From Anaerocolumna sp. (GTDB lineage Bacteria; Bacillota; Clostridia; Lachnospirales; Lachnospiraceae), in NCBI GenBank assembly GCA_049692775.1, contig JBAVPE010000113.1, positions 1,692 through 65,691 on the forward strand: a stretch of 64,000 nt of DNA. Direction: 5' to 3'. The notes under the pieces are model-generated. The model had not been told where the DNA came from. It made no database searches and saw only the letters and a program-made list of their open reading frames with translations. Position numbers and translations under genes: made by a program. Of the stretch, positions 11,101-22,073 are shown one piece after another. How positions within the stretch are numbered: position 1 is the first letter of the stretch; each line of letters opens with the position of its first letter.

Positions 11101-11214
11101 TTAGTTTCCATAAAATAGGCAATATTATAGATACAAAAAATTCAAAAAATATTAAAATTAGAAATAAGATGGAACTTAACCATATTTTGTATCGTCTAAT
11201 AGTTGTAAGTATTT

Positions 11215-11458
11215 GAGTACTCTCGGAAACTAATGGTAACAATTGAAGATATTTTAGCTGCTAAATATAGGCCACGGACATTTTCTGGATATCATAGGTA
11301 TGTTTTTACTTGCCGGGCATTATTAATGCCTCCATTCGCGATGCTCAGACGGTCTGCGCAAAAACATACCTATGATATCCAGAAAATGGAGAAAGAATTA
11401 TATTAACAGCATCTAAAATATCAGTAAAAACAGGTTGTGAGGGTTTCCGAGAGTACTC
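11215..11458. repeat. 244-bp nested inverted-repeat element (MITE-like or invertible switch)
   Basis: Three inverted-repeat pairs. 16/16: GAGTACTCTCGGAAAC (11215-11230) with 11443-11458. 14/15: 11248-11262 with 11408-11422. 29/29: CATTTTCTGGATATCATAGGTATGTTTTT (11279-11307) with 11360-11388. Confidence 0.8.
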
Positions 11459-11481
11459 TATTTGATAAAGGAGGAATTGAT

Positions 11482-13734
11482 ATGTTTAGAAAAAAATTTT
11501 TACCATTAGTTTTAGTTGGATGTATGCTTACAACAGGTTTACCAGCAGCAGTTTATGCAGCAGATAACACTGCAGACAGTGCAGTATCTATTGATATTCC
11601 GGTAACAGGGGATAGCGTAGTAACCGGCAATTCAGGACAGGAACCCAAAGCGGAGGATTTAGAACGTATTATTAAGACAGTAAAAGCTAAGATAACAATA
11701 CCGGAGGAGTTGGCGAAGTTTGATTATTATTTTAATTCTGATAATAATGGTACGGGTGCTTCATGGAATCTGAACTGGTATACGGAAGATAATTCAAAAC
11801 GGATCACCATACAAAGCGATCAGGATGGTAACATAGTAAGATACTATTCCGATAATAATAATTCCGGCAATTATGTACCAAAGTATTTTAAGGCTGATTT
11901 AAAGGCCGCTGCTGATAAATTTATCAAGAAAGTGGCCGCGGATATTTCAGGCAAGGCGGAGTATGCAGGAGCAACTTCGGAAGGAGCTTACAGTGGTCAA
12001 TACAATTATCAATATCAGCGTGTAGAAAACGGAATTCCCATGCCCGATAATACAATAACAGTAGGCGTTAATTATGAAACCGGAAAAGTCACATCTTATA
12101 GTTCCAACTGGTTATATAATGTAAACATCCCATCAGCCGATACCAAGATTACAAAAGAGGATGCAGCCGAAAAAATCGGGAAAACAGTTACCATGAAATT
12201 ATCCTACCAAAATGCCTACACAACAGATAAAGATGGTAAAACAGAGATTAAAGCATTTTTGGTATATTCCCCGGATAATTCTTATGCAGCAGTAGATGCA
12301 AAAACCGGTGAGGTTTATACGACTCAGAATGAATGGATAGAACGGGACGGCGCTACTGTCTATGGCGATGAAAAATCGGACAGCGTCAGTGACAGCGGAC
12401 TGACGCAGCAAGAGGTAACAAAAATTGATGAAATAAAAGGACTTATCAGTAAGGAAGCGGCCATTAAAGCAATCACTGAAAATAAAAGTTTATTATTGGA
12501 TGATAACTTAAAATCCATATCAGCATCCCTGTATAAGAAGAATAATTATTCTGCGGATGACAAAGATTCTAAATATGTCTGGAGCATTAACCTATCCGAC
12601 CCGAGGGAAATTAAGAATGAAGGCAGTGACACTTATCGCGCTTATGCTAATGCGAGTGTAGATGCAAAGACCGGTAATATAATATCCTTTAATTCCAGTA
12701 TAAAAGATTATTATAATATGAGCAAACAGGAATGGGAATCAGTTAAAGTAAAATATAATATGGAACAAGGCCAGAAAACATTAGAAGACTTCTTAAAGAT
12801 CCAGATACCAGATAAGTTTAAAAATTCAGTATTATCCGATCATAAGGAATCCTATGTTATTTCTTATGATAATGGCAAAGAAGTATATGGCGGATATTAT
12901 TATAACTATAACAGGGTGAATGCGGGAGTTGAATATCCTTATAATGGAATTAACGGTGCTGTGGATGGTGTGACCGGGAAGATTTATTCCTTCTCCTATA
13001 ACTGGAATGATAATATAACCTTCGAAGCACCAAAAAATATCATCAGTGCAGATGATGCATTTGATAGTTATATTGCCAATAAAGGATATCACCTGGTATA
13101 TGAAATTAACAACATTCATTCCTATGAAAGTGCCGGTCAAAAAATAGTAAGTACTGGTTCTTATTCCGTTGACAGTGAAGTGCGCTTAGTATACAGGACC
13201 GATATATCACCCGCAACCATTTCACCGTTTACCGGAAAACAGTTAGATTATGATGGAGAAGAATATGTTGAACCGGAAGATATGTATAAGTACAATGATT
13301 TAAACAACACAACCTCTGAACGTAATATCAGGCTGCTGTCAGAAATTGGTATCGGTTTTAAGGGAAGTGAGTTTAAGCCCGATAAAGCCATTACTACAAA
13401 AGAAATTACCGATTTCTTAAACCAGGCAGGTATTTATTATAATAATAACAAATATAAATTAAGCAATGACGATTCAGCAATAACACGTTTAGAGGCATCT
13501 GAATTTACCGTTCAGATATTAGGTTATGATAGTGTAGCAAAGTTGAGAAATATTTATAATACCAACTTTAAAGACCAAAGTCAGATTTCCTCTGAATATC
13601 TTGGCTATACTGCTTTAGCACAGGGCTTAAACCTGATTACCAGCAACAACAATAATGAATTCAGGCCAAATGATAAATTAACCCGTGCAGAAGCAGCTGA
13701 TATGATAATAGCTATGCTGAATGTAGAAAAATAA
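11482..13734 (+). CDS. secreted cell-surface protein with C-terminal SLH-like repeats
   Basis: AAAGGAGG precedes the ATG at 11482. Signal peptide MFRKKFLPLVLVGCMLTTGLPAAVYA. The C-terminus carries repeats ending FRPNDKLTRAEAADMIIAML, which look like S-layer homology motifs. Confidence 0.6.
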   Translation: MFRKKFLPLVLVGCMLTTGLPAAVYAADNTADSAVSIDIPVTGDSVVTGNSGQEPKAEDLERIIKTVKAKITIPEELAKFDYYFNSDNNGTGASWNLNWYTEDNSKRITIQSDQDGNIVRYYSDNNNSGNYVPKYFKADLKAAADKFIKKVAADISGKAEYAGATSEGAYSGQYNYQYQRVENGIPMPDNTITVGVNYETGKVTSYSSNWLYNVNIPSADTKITKEDAAEKIGKTVTMKLSYQNAYTTDKDGKTEIKAFLVYSPDNSYAAVDAKTGEVYTTQNEWIERDGATVYGDEKSDSVSDSGLTQQEVTKIDEIKGLISKEAAIKAITENKSLLLDDNLKSISASLYKKNNYSADDKDSKYVWSINLSDPREIKNEGSDTYRAYANASVDAKTGNIISFNSSIKDYYNMSKQEWESVKVKYNMEQGQKTLEDFLKIQIPDKFKNSVLSDHKESYVISYDNGKEVYGGYYYNYNRVNAGVEYPYNGINGAVDGVTGKIYSFSYNWNDNITFEAPKNIISADDAFDSYIANKGYHLVYEINNIHSYESAGQKIVSTGSYSVDSEVRLVYRTDISPATISPFTGKQLDYDGEEYVEPEDMYKYNDLNNTTSERNIRLLSEIGIGFKGSEFKPDKAITTKEITDFLNQAGIYYNNNKYKLSNDDSAITRLEASEFTVQILGYDSVAKLRNIYNTNFKDQSQISSEYLGYTALAQGLNLITSNNNNEFRPNDKLTRAEAADMIIAMLNVEK

Positions 13735-14031
13735 ATTATTAAACAATTAAAAATAAATCACGTTAAAAGGTAACAGTAAATAAATAGGCATAAATGAAAT
13801 ACTACAATTAAAACGAATACTATAATCTGAAATGGGTTGGATGGTTTATGAATATCCACCCCATTTCAATTAATAAACTTTAAATCTTAACTCTAAAATC
13901 CTGAGGTATCCGGTTTTCAAAACCATCCGTCAAACCACGGTTCGAAATAATTTAGATAATTTTCACTTTTGTATAAAGCAAAAATGTGGTAAAATAAAGC
14001 CAGGCTTAAACAAATACTTTAGGAGGCAGCA

Positions 14032-14964
14032 ATGAAAGATGCAATATTTTTGGAACCGGTATTTAAAGAGATGATTTGGGGTGGAAATCGGCTTAAGACT
14101 GATTACGGATATGATATACCTAGTGACAATACAGGGGAATGCTGGGCAGTAAGTGCACATACCAATGGTGACTGTACAATAAAGAACAGTATATATAAGG
14201 GAGAGAAATTAAGCAGTTTATGGAAGAATCACAGGGAATTATTCGGTGATGTAAAAGGAGATAGTTTTCCATTGCTGATTAAAATCATTGATGCAAAGGC
14301 AGATTTAAGTATACAGGTTCATCCGGATGATGAATACACAGCTCAATATGAGAACGGTTCTTTAGGTAAAACCGAATGCTGGTATATACTGGACTGTGAG
14401 GCAGACGGCAAAATCATCATTGGCCATAATGCGAAAGATAAAACAGAATTAAAAAATATGATAGATGAACACAGATGGGACGAATTGATTCGTGTTTTAC
14501 CAATAAGGAAGGGTGATTTTTTTCAAATTGAACCTGGAACGGTACATGCAATTAAAGCCGGGACTGTAATCTTAGAAACCCAGCAGAACAGTGATATTAC
14601 GTACCGGCTATATGATTATGACCGGTTGTCGGATGGGAAACCCAGGGAACTTCACATAGATAAGAGTGTCGACGTAATCAAATGTCCATACTCAGATAAA
14701 GGAACAGAAAGAAAATTAATAAATTTTGAACAGGCAGTAGTAGAAGAATTGGTAACTTGTCAATACTACTCAGTAAGGAAACTATCTGTTAATGGAAAAC
14801 AGTCATTTGATCAATCGGAGCCTTTCACTATTTTAAGTGTTATTGAAGGAGAAGGTTTCATAGATGGGGTTAAAATAATAAAAGGAGATCACTTTATATT
14901 ACCGGCGGATTATGGAGCTTACTGTTTAGAGGGTAATATGCAGCTGATTACATCACATATATAA
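14032..14964 (+). CDS. manA: class I mannose-6-phosphate isomerase
   Basis: 310 aa with the IWGG...GECWAVSAH and QVHPDD cupin motifs typical of Firmicute type I PMI. Confidence 0.85.
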   Translation: MKDAIFLEPVFKEMIWGGNRLKTDYGYDIPSDNTGECWAVSAHTNGDCTIKNSIYKGEKLSSLWKNHRELFGDVKGDSFPLLIKIIDAKADLSIQVHPDDEYTAQYENGSLGKTECWYILDCEADGKIIIGHNAKDKTELKNMIDEHRWDELIRVLPIRKGDFFQIEPGTVHAIKAGTVILETQQNSDITYRLYDYDRLSDGKPRELHIDKSVDVIKCPYSDKGTERKLINFEQAVVEELVTCQYYSVRKLSVNGKQSFDQSEPFTILSVIEGEGFIDGVKIIKGDHFILPADYGAYCLEGNMQLITSHI

Positions 14965-14978
14965 GAAGGAGATTATAA

Positions 14979-15629
14979 ATGGGTAATTTTTTTAATATGG
15001 ATAATGGCTTCTTTACAGCCTTAAGTAAGTTTGTGGATATCATAATCATCAGTATCATATGGTTGGTTTTATGTATTCCGATAGTCACCATAGGTCCCTC
15101 TACGACTTCTTTATATTATGTGGTCGTAAAGGTTATAAGAAGGGAAAGGGGATATTTAACCCGGGAATTTTTCCGGTCTTTCAAAACAAATTTTAAAAAT
15201 GGTATTATTTCCGGCGTTTTATTAACGGTTTTATATGTAGTATTATTATTTGACCGCAGATTCGCAACAAGCTTAAGTGGCACACAAGGTTTTATTATGT
15301 TAAGTATCTTTAATGCCATGATTTTTCTTTTAGTTTGTGTTACTATATATATATTTCCATTATTATCAAGGTTTAGTATGGGGATTAAACAGTTATTTAA
15401 AACTGCATTATTTATGTCCATGAAGCATTTACCAACTACGATTCTTTTATTTATTATCACAGCTGTGTTTGTATTTGGTACCTATATAATGCCGATTATA
15501 ATTTTAATTTCACCTGCTCTATGCATTTTAATGTGGTCCCTGTTATTGGAAAGAGTCTTTAAAAAATACATGCCTGAGAAAAATGAAGATGCTGAAAGCA
15601 CAGGTAAAGATGAATGGTATTTAGAATAA
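14979..15629 (+). CDS. YesL/DUF624 family membrane protein
   Basis: N-terminal pattern LSKFVDIIIISIIWLVLCIPIVTIGPSTTSLYYVVVKVIRRERGY plus several TM segments. Confidence 0.7.
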   Translation: MGNFFNMDNGFFTALSKFVDIIIISIIWLVLCIPIVTIGPSTTSLYYVVVKVIRRERGYLTREFFRSFKTNFKNGIISGVLLTVLYVVLLFDRRFATSLSGTQGFIMLSIFNAMIFLLVCVTIYIFPLLSRFSMGIKQLFKTALFMSMKHLPTTILLFIITAVFVFGTYIMPIIILISPALCILMWSLLLERVFKKYMPEKNEDAESTGKDEWYLE

Positions 15630-15854
15630 GCAGGTATATCAGGAATACCCTATGGTCTGTGAGAATAGTGAAGGATTTTTCTCTGCCCTGATTCCTGGTA
15701 CTAAAATTACTCCCTATACATTTATAGCCACCTATAATAACAATCCTTAGAGGAAATAGGGGATCCCTATACTTATGAGCCCATTATTGACCTTATAATG
15801 TCCAAACCGAAGTGAACAAAAGGAAGAAAAAATCATAATCGAAAGGATTTTAAT

Positions 15855-16754
15855 ATGAATCAATTTTTGTATCATTGTGTCGCTATATTAGAGGCAGGGA
15901 AAAATAATAAAAGCGTAAATGATTTAAAAAATATCCTGGCTGACTATTTTGGCAACGGTTTAAAAGGGGTAATTGATTATGGACTTGATTTCATTATAAA
16001 ACTGATATTTGCGGTTATTATTATTATAATAGGTAAAAGGCTGATACGTTTTCTTACCGGGCTGCTTGATAATTATTTTAAACGTACTAAAATTGAGATC
16101 AGTGTATCCGGCTTTTTAATTGCTTTGACCCGTGCATCCTTGTATGTTATTTTAGTTGTGTTTGTTATAACGAAAGTTATTGGTTTCGAAAGTACTCCTA
16201 TTATAGCCATAATAGGTTCGGCAGGACTTAGTATCGGATTGGCATTACAGGGGAGTTTATCTAATTTTGCAGGCGGGGTTTTAATCTTATTACTAAAACC
16301 TTTCCGCGTTGGGGACTATATCATAACAGGTGGGAATGAAGGAACAGTTACCTCAATTGATATTTTCTATACCAGACTGTTAACAGTGGATAACCGGCTT
16401 TTGGTAATGCCTAATGGTACCTTATCCAATACGAATATTATAAATGTGACCTATGAGCCTATAAGAAGACTGGATATATCTGTTTCAATCGATTATTCGG
16501 AAAATATAAAGAAGGTAAAAGATATTTTAATGGAAACAGCTAAAAATCATGAACTGGTCCTAAATGATCATGACATAACAGTATTTGTGAATAGTTTTGA
16601 TCCGAGTGCCATAAATATTGGTATAAGGGTATGGGTCATGAAAGAAAATTATTGGATATTAAAATGTGAGCTGCTTGAATTAATTAAAAACCAATTTGAT
16701 AAAAATGAAATTACAATTCCATTTGATCAGTTAGATGTTAATATTCGGAATTAA
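15855..16754 (+). CDS. small-conductance mechanosensitive channel (MscS family)
   Basis: 299 aa. TM3/beta-domain pattern GLALQGSLSNFAGGVLILLLKPFRVGDYI. Confidence 0.8.
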   Translation: MNQFLYHCVAILEAGKNNKSVNDLKNILADYFGNGLKGVIDYGLDFIIKLIFAVIIIIIGKRLIRFLTGLLDNYFKRTKIEISVSGFLIALTRASLYVILVVFVITKVIGFESTPIIAIIGSAGLSIGLALQGSLSNFAGGVLILLLKPFRVGDYIITGGNEGTVTSIDIFYTRLLTVDNRLLVMPNGTLSNTNIINVTYEPIRRLDISVSIDYSENIKKVKDILMETAKNHELVLNDHDITVFVNSFDPSAINIGIRVWVMKENYWILKCELLELIKNQFDKNEITIPFDQLDVNIRN

Positions 16755-16848
16755 AAAATAAAAAAATATACTTTTTTAAAAAAAAAGCTTTTCTTTTTAC
16801 TAAAAAAGTGGTATTTTATCTTTAGACGAAATATTCGTTAGAGCAAAG

Positions 16849-16882
16849 GTGTTCTCTAGGTTCTTTTTGAGAACACTTTTTT
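16849..16882 (+). terminator. rho-independent terminator after the mscS-like gene, upstream of glnA
   Basis: GTGTTCTC (16849-16856) pairs with GAGAACAC (16869-16876), followed by TTTTTT. Confidence 0.6.
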
Positions 16883-16971
16883 ATTATACAATTATTGGAA
16901 AATCCGGTATTTGTATATCCTAAATAAATATGTTATTACAAATATAAAACGAATGGAAGGAGTTTATTATT

Positions 16972-19077
16972 ATGGCAGAAAAATTAACAGATATCTTTGG
17001 AATTGACGTGTTTAGTGAAGCAACCATGATTGAACGTTTGCCAAAGAAGACTTATGCTGCATTGAAGAAAACAATCCAGAATGGGGAGGATTTAGATCCT
17101 GCCGTTGCAGATGTAGTTGCAAACGCAATGAAAGATTGGGCAATTGAGAGAGGTGCAACACACTTTACTCACTGGTTCCAGCCAATGACCGGTATTACTG
17201 CTGAAAAGCATGATTCCTTTATTAGTCCAACCTCTGATGGTAAGATATTAATGGAGTTTTCAGGTAAAGAATTAATTAAAGGTGAACCGGATGCTTCTTC
17301 ATTCCCTTCAGGAGGTTTAAGGGCAACATTTGAAGCCAGAGGTTATACTGCTTGGGATTGTACTTCACCAGCATTCTTAAGAGAAGATGCTGCCGGTGTT
17401 ACCTTATGTATTCCTACCGCTTTTTGTTCCTACACAGGAGAGGCACTTGATAAAAAAACTCCTCTTCTTCGTTCAATGGAAGCTATTAGTGATCAGGCTG
17501 TGCGTATTTTAAAATTATTCGGACATAAGGAAGTTAAAGCTGTATCCTGCTCTGTAGGACCGGAACAGGAATATTTCTTAATTGATAAAGCAAAATATTT
17601 AAAAAGAGAAGACTTAATCTTCAGCGGACGTACCCTTTTTGGTGCGATGCCTCCAAAAGGACAAGAACTGGAAGATCATTATTTCGGAAGTCTGAAAGAA
17701 AGAATTTCTTCCTTCATGAAAGAATTAAATGAAGAATGCTGGAAACTTGGTATCTTAGCTAAAACTCAACATAATGAAGTTTCTCCTGCCCAGCATGAGT
17801 TAGCCCCTATCTATGCGACTGCTAATATTGCAACGGACCATAATCAATTAGTTATGGAAGTTATGAAAAAGGTTGCTAACCGTCATGGTTTAGCTTGTTT
17901 ACTTCATGAAAAACCTTTCGCAGGTGTAAATGGCTCCGGTAAGCATGACAACTGGTCTATGGTTACAGATACCGGAAAAAACCTTCTTGACCCTGGTAAA
18001 ACACCTCATGAAAATGTACAGTTCTTATTATTCTTAGCTGCTGTATTAAAAGCTGTTGATGAAAATGCGGATCTTCTTCGTCTTTCTGCTTCTAATCCTG
18101 GTAATGACCATAGATTAGGCGCTAACGAAGCACCTCCTGCTATTATTTCAATTTTCCTTGGAGAACAGTTAGCAGATGTATTAACACAGTTAATCGAAAC
18201 TGGGGAGGCTACCAGCAGTAAACAGGGCGGCAAATTAAATACAGGTGTTCATACAATACCAGAATTCAGAAAAGATGCTACAGACAGAAACCGTACTTCA
18301 CCGTTTGCATTTACCGGTAATAAATTTGAATTTAGAATGGTCGGTTCTTCTATGTCAATAGCCGGACCCAATACTACATTAAATACAATCGTTGCAGATG
18401 TGTTATCTGACTTTGCAGATGAATTAGATAAAGCTGATAATTTTGATGTAACAGTTCATGATTTAATTAAGAAAACTGTTACAGACCATCAGAGAATCGT
18501 ATTCAATGGTAACGGATATTCGGATGAATGGGTTGCAGAAGCTGAAAAGAGAGGCTTACCAAATATTAAGTCCATGGTTGAAGCAATACCTACTATGGTT
18601 TCAGAAAAATCTGTTAAATTATTCAGCAAGCACAAGGTATTTTCAGAAGTTGAACTTCATTCCCGTGCGGAAATTGAATATGAAGCTTATTCAAAGACCA
18701 TTAATATCGAAGCTAAAACTATGATCGAAATGGCAAGTAAACTCTTTATCCCAGCTGTTATCAAATATGCTTCCGGTTTAGCCGGATCCATTAATTCTAT
18801 TAAAACGGCTGTACCGGATGCGGATGTTAGTGTACAGGAAGGTTTATTAAAAGAAACTTCTTCCCTTTTAGTTTCTGCCAAGTCTGCATTAATTGCACTT
18901 CAGTCTTATGTGACAACAGCAGCAGGGAAAGAAGGTGCTGAACAGGCAAAATACTTTAGAAGTGTTGTTTTCCCTGCAATGTCACAGCTTAGGGCACCTA
19001 TTGATGAACTTGAATTAATCGTTGATAAAGAAGTATGGCCGGTTCCTACTTACGGTGATTTATTATTTGAAGTATAA
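16972..19077 (+). CDS. glnA: glutamine synthetase type III
   Basis: 701 aa, the GSIII length class. GS catalytic-domain motifs [11 protein letters not shown] and [21 protein letters not shown]. Confidence 0.9.
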   Translation: MAEKLTDIFGIDVFSEATMIERLPKKTYAALKKTIQNGEDLDPAVADVVANAMKDWAIERGATHFTHWFQPMTGITAEKHDSFISPTSDGKILMEFSGKELIKGEPDASSFPSGGLRATFEARGYTAWDCTSPAFLREDAAGVTLCIPTAFCSYTGEALDKKTPLLRSMEAISDQAVRILKLFGHKEVKAVSCSVGPEQEYFLIDKAKYLKREDLIFSGRTLFGAMPPKGQELEDHYFGSLKERISSFMKELNEECWKLGILAKTQHNEVSPAQHELAPIYATANIATDHNQLVMEVMKKVANRHGLACLLHEKPFAGVNGSGKHDNWSMVTDTGKNLLDPGKTPHENVQFLLFLAAVLKAVDENADLLRLSASNPGNDHRLGANEAPPAIISIFLGEQLADVLTQLIETGEATSSKQGGKLNTGVHTIPEFRKDATDRNRTSPFAFTGNKFEFRMVGSSMSIAGPNTTLNTIVADVLSDFADELDKADNFDVTVHDLIKKTVTDHQRIVFNGNGYSDEWVAEAEKRGLPNIKSMVEAIPTMVSEKSVKLFSKHKVFSEVELHSRAEIEYEAYSKTINIEAKTMIEMASKLFIPAVIKYASGLAGSINSIKTAVPDADVSVQEGLLKETSSLLVSAKSALIALQSYVTTAAGKEGAEQAKYFRSVVFPAMSQLRAPIDELELIVDKEVWPVPTYGDLLFEV

Positions 19078-19101
19078 TTTGATAAAAATTATGTAATTAT
19101 T

Positions 19102-19130
19102 CGGGCTGCCTTCTAGGCAGCCCGTTTTTT
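19102..19130 (+). terminator. rho-independent terminator of glnA
   Basis: CGGGCTGCC-TTCTA-GGCAGCCCG followed by TTTTTT. Confidence 0.85.
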
Positions 19131-19975
19131 ATCTCATAGGAAAGTTCTCCCTATGAGATAAAAACCCTCCGGGGGATGCGCATGACGTGCAAGAGAAATT
19201 TGTCACTGAGGTGACAGCGCATAATCAGGTGGTGGAAGTCCATTGTGGGGGCTGGCAGTTGAACCAGGTACAAGGAGCTAAAGAAGTAATAAAAGGCGCA
19301 AATAGTCGGAAGAGTTAAAGGAGGATAGTATTGTTGCCAGTTCTTAATAGTACCCTGACAGACGACGTGTGTGAAAAGGGAACGTAGAATAGACAAAAAA
19401 CATGTAGAATATGCAAAAAATATTTCCATTATATGGAAAATAATATATAATAAGGTGTAACGATTCAACAAAAGGGGAGGGATATCATATGGGGAAAACT
19501 AAATTGTATTTATTATAATGGGTTTAGGCTAAAATCAGAGGTGTTATTATATATTAATAAACCAGTATATCGTTACTTTTTTAGCGCCTGAACTGAAATA
19601 CTAAAGGAGTTATTACTTGAAAATCTTTTCTATTTCGGAAATTATAATCTTTAAATTAAAGGGAGGATAAGAAATAGATAGGGTATGATGTTTTTGCTAA
19701 GAGGATTAAAGATTTTATCTTAAGTATGAGCCGGTTATTATACAGATAAATGATAGTGATAATTTTGTATCTTATTCATCATATTAAAAGGTGTTTGATA
19801 AATTATATAAACACCAGGAGATATTCCTAAAATGTCCATATTACAAGAAGGATAATCTGTTAGAGAATATAGCTGGACTTTTTTGCGATTATGATAGATA
19901 ATAAAGACATTCAGCAGAAACAATAAATAACCACAACTGCTTATTATAGTCGAACTTATGTAAAAGGAGTAGAAT

Positions 19976-20722
19976 ATGCGTAACATTAAATTAGTATTGG
20001 AGTATGACGGTTCCCGTTATGATGGATGGCAGAAACAGGCAGGAAATAGCAAAAGTATAACCATACAGGATAAAATAGAAAATGTATTGGAAAAAATGGA
20101 AAATGAACCTGTAACAGTGATAGGAGCAGCCAGAACAGAAGCAGGTGTACATGCTTATGCACAAATTTCCAACTTTACCACCAATTCGGATATGAAATTA
20201 TATGAGATCAAACATTATTTAAATCGCTACTTACCAAGGGATATTGCTGTAATTGAGGTAGCTGAGGTTCCGGAGAGATTTCATAGTAGTTTTAATGCGA
20301 AAGCGTTTCGATATGAATATAAAATATCGATGGGTGAAGTTCAGTCAGTTTTTGAACGTAAATATAATTATTACAGTTTTCATAAATTAGATATCTTAAA
20401 GATGAAACAGGGAGCAAAACATTTAACAGGTAAACATGATTTTAAAGCATTTTCTGATAATAGACGTATGAAAAAATCAACAGAACGAACCATTAATCAG
20501 ATTGATATTTATTCTGATATAAATGAAATCGTGATTACCATCGAAGCAGATGACTTTTGGCCTAATATGGCGAGGATAATTGTTGGAACGTTGATTGAAA
20601 TGGGAGAAGGAAACAGAGAACCCGTTTCCATGAAGGATATTTTAGAGAGCGGTAATCGCGAAAAAGCTGGTATGATAGCAGAAGCGAGAGGCTTATTCTT
20701 GCAGGAAGTACTGTATCAATAA
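19976..20722 (+). CDS. truA: tRNA pseudouridine(38-40) synthase
   Basis: 248 aa. YDGSRYDGWQKQ and the catalytic-Asp region GAARTEAGVHA. Confidence 0.9.
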   Translation: MRNIKLVLEYDGSRYDGWQKQAGNSKSITIQDKIENVLEKMENEPVTVIGAARTEAGVHAYAQISNFTTNSDMKLYEIKHYLNRYLPRDIAVIEVAEVPERFHSSFNAKAFRYEYKISMGEVQSVFERKYNYYSFHKLDILKMKQGAKHLTGKHDFKAFSDNRRMKKSTERTINQIDIYSDINEIVITIEADDFWPNMARIIVGTLIEMGEGNREPVSMKDILESGNREKAGMIAEARGLFLQEVLYQ

Positions 20723-20888
20723 ATCACTGGTTAAATTAACTTAATTTGTATGGCTGATAAACAAAATGATTTACTTAAAAGTATTGAATATTAAGAAAAA
20801 TTAATTAAGGATTTAGGTTATAATACAGTTGCTAAAAAATAATAAAAGGGTTATAATTTTCCATGAATAAGTTAAGTGGAGGATTCAG

Positions 20889-21938
20889 ATGAAGAATGTA
20901 ACAATGAAGGATATTGCAGACAGCCTTAACATAAGCACCGTTACAGTCTCTAAGGCACTTTCTGATAAAGATGGTGTTAGTAATGAATTAAGGGATAAAA
21001 TTAAAAATATTGCTGAAGAAATGGGTTACCGGTATAATTCTTTAGCTAAAAGCTTGAAAGATGGTAAGAACTATAACATAGGTATAATTATTGCAGACCG
21101 GTTTATTCGGGACGATGGGGATGCTTTTTATTTGAAAATGTATCAAAGCGTAGTAAAAGCTTTATCCAGGGTAAATTATTATGGTATTATGGAGATTATT
21201 TCTACAGATTTAGAAAGAAAATTATCAATTCCCAATATTTTATCGGATAATAAAGTAGATGGAATCATAATTCTGGGCCAGATGGGCTTTAATTATGTAA
21301 GCCTTATTAAGAATACTGCCATACCCCTTGTACTATTGGATTTTTATGACGAATTATTAGACGTAGATGCTATAATCAGTGACAGTTTCTATGGCTCTTA
21401 TAAAGTAACAAACCATTTATTATCACAGGGACATAGGAATATTGGTTTTGTGGGGAATATTTTTTCAACCAGCAGTATATTAGATCGTTATTTAGGGTAT
21501 TATAAAGCGTTAATTTCCAATGGACTTTTGATCCGGGACGATTGGATTCTTGAAGACCGCAGCGAAGAAGGAGAGTACATTGATTTTAATCTACCGGAAC
21601 AGATGCCGACGGCTTTTGTCTGCAATAATGATGGGGTGGCTTATCTTTTCATCAATAAATTAAAAAAGTCAGGCTATAGTGTTCCGGCTGAAATATCGGT
21701 AGTTGGTTATGATAATGATATATTTGCCAATATCTCTATACCTAAATTAACAACAGTGGAAGTTGATATTGATACGATGTCTGAAACAGCAGTAGATGCA
21801 ATGATTCGAAAGATCAGCGGTGATAAACATGCTATCGGGAGAAAAGTAATCAGCGGAAAATTAATTATCAGGGATTCAGTTGCTAAAGTAGATCAAAAAT
21901 CAGATAAATTACAACAGAAAATAAAGTTGGTTTATTAA
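20889..21938 (+). CDS. LacI family transcriptional regulator
   Basis: N-terminal HTH VTMKDIADSLNISTVTVSKALS followed by a periplasmic-binding-protein-like sugar domain. Confidence 0.85.
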   Translation: MKNVTMKDIADSLNISTVTVSKALSDKDGVSNELRDKIKNIAEEMGYRYNSLAKSLKDGKNYNIGIIIADRFIRDDGDAFYLKMYQSVVKALSRVNYYGIMEIISTDLERKLSIPNILSDNKVDGIIILGQMGFNYVSLIKNTAIPLVLLDFYDELLDVDAIISDSFYGSYKVTNHLLSQGHRNIGFVGNIFSTSSILDRYLGYYKALISNGLLIRDDWILEDRSEEGEYIDFNLPEQMPTAFVCNNDGVAYLFINKLKKSGYSVPAEISVVGYDNDIFANISIPKLTTVEVDIDTMSETAVDAMIRKISGDKHAIGRKVISGKLIIRDSVAKVDQKSDKLQQKIKLVY

Positions 21939-22073
21939 ACAACATAAGGATCTATTAAATGTGAAAAATTATTCAGAGTTGTTGTATAGAATTAAAATAG
22001 CCTACCCCAAAATAAATCTTCTTAGATTAAATTTGGGACAGGCTTTACATTTAACCGATGATAAACACTTGCA

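Noticed and set aside
13340-13353. TCAGAAATTGG inside the surface-protein gene matching a half-site of the 54033 palindrome.
   Set aside because: It is a single half-site within coding sequence of an AT-rich genome with no partner half-site, so most likely chance.
19165-19400. Assignment of the GC-rich core to a known RNA (RNase P because of GGAAGTCCAT, T-box because of AGGTGGTGG, cobalamin, TPP, c-di-GMP, SRP).
   Set aside because: Only short chance resemblances were found. The other obligatory conserved elements of each family are absent, and the genomic context (glnA/truA) does not fit.
19151-19471. 106-aa minus-strand ORF in the glnA-truA gap.
   Set aside because: It has no RBS and an implausible composition with no recognisable family. 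It overlaps the helix-dense GC-rich core, which is better explained as RNA structure.
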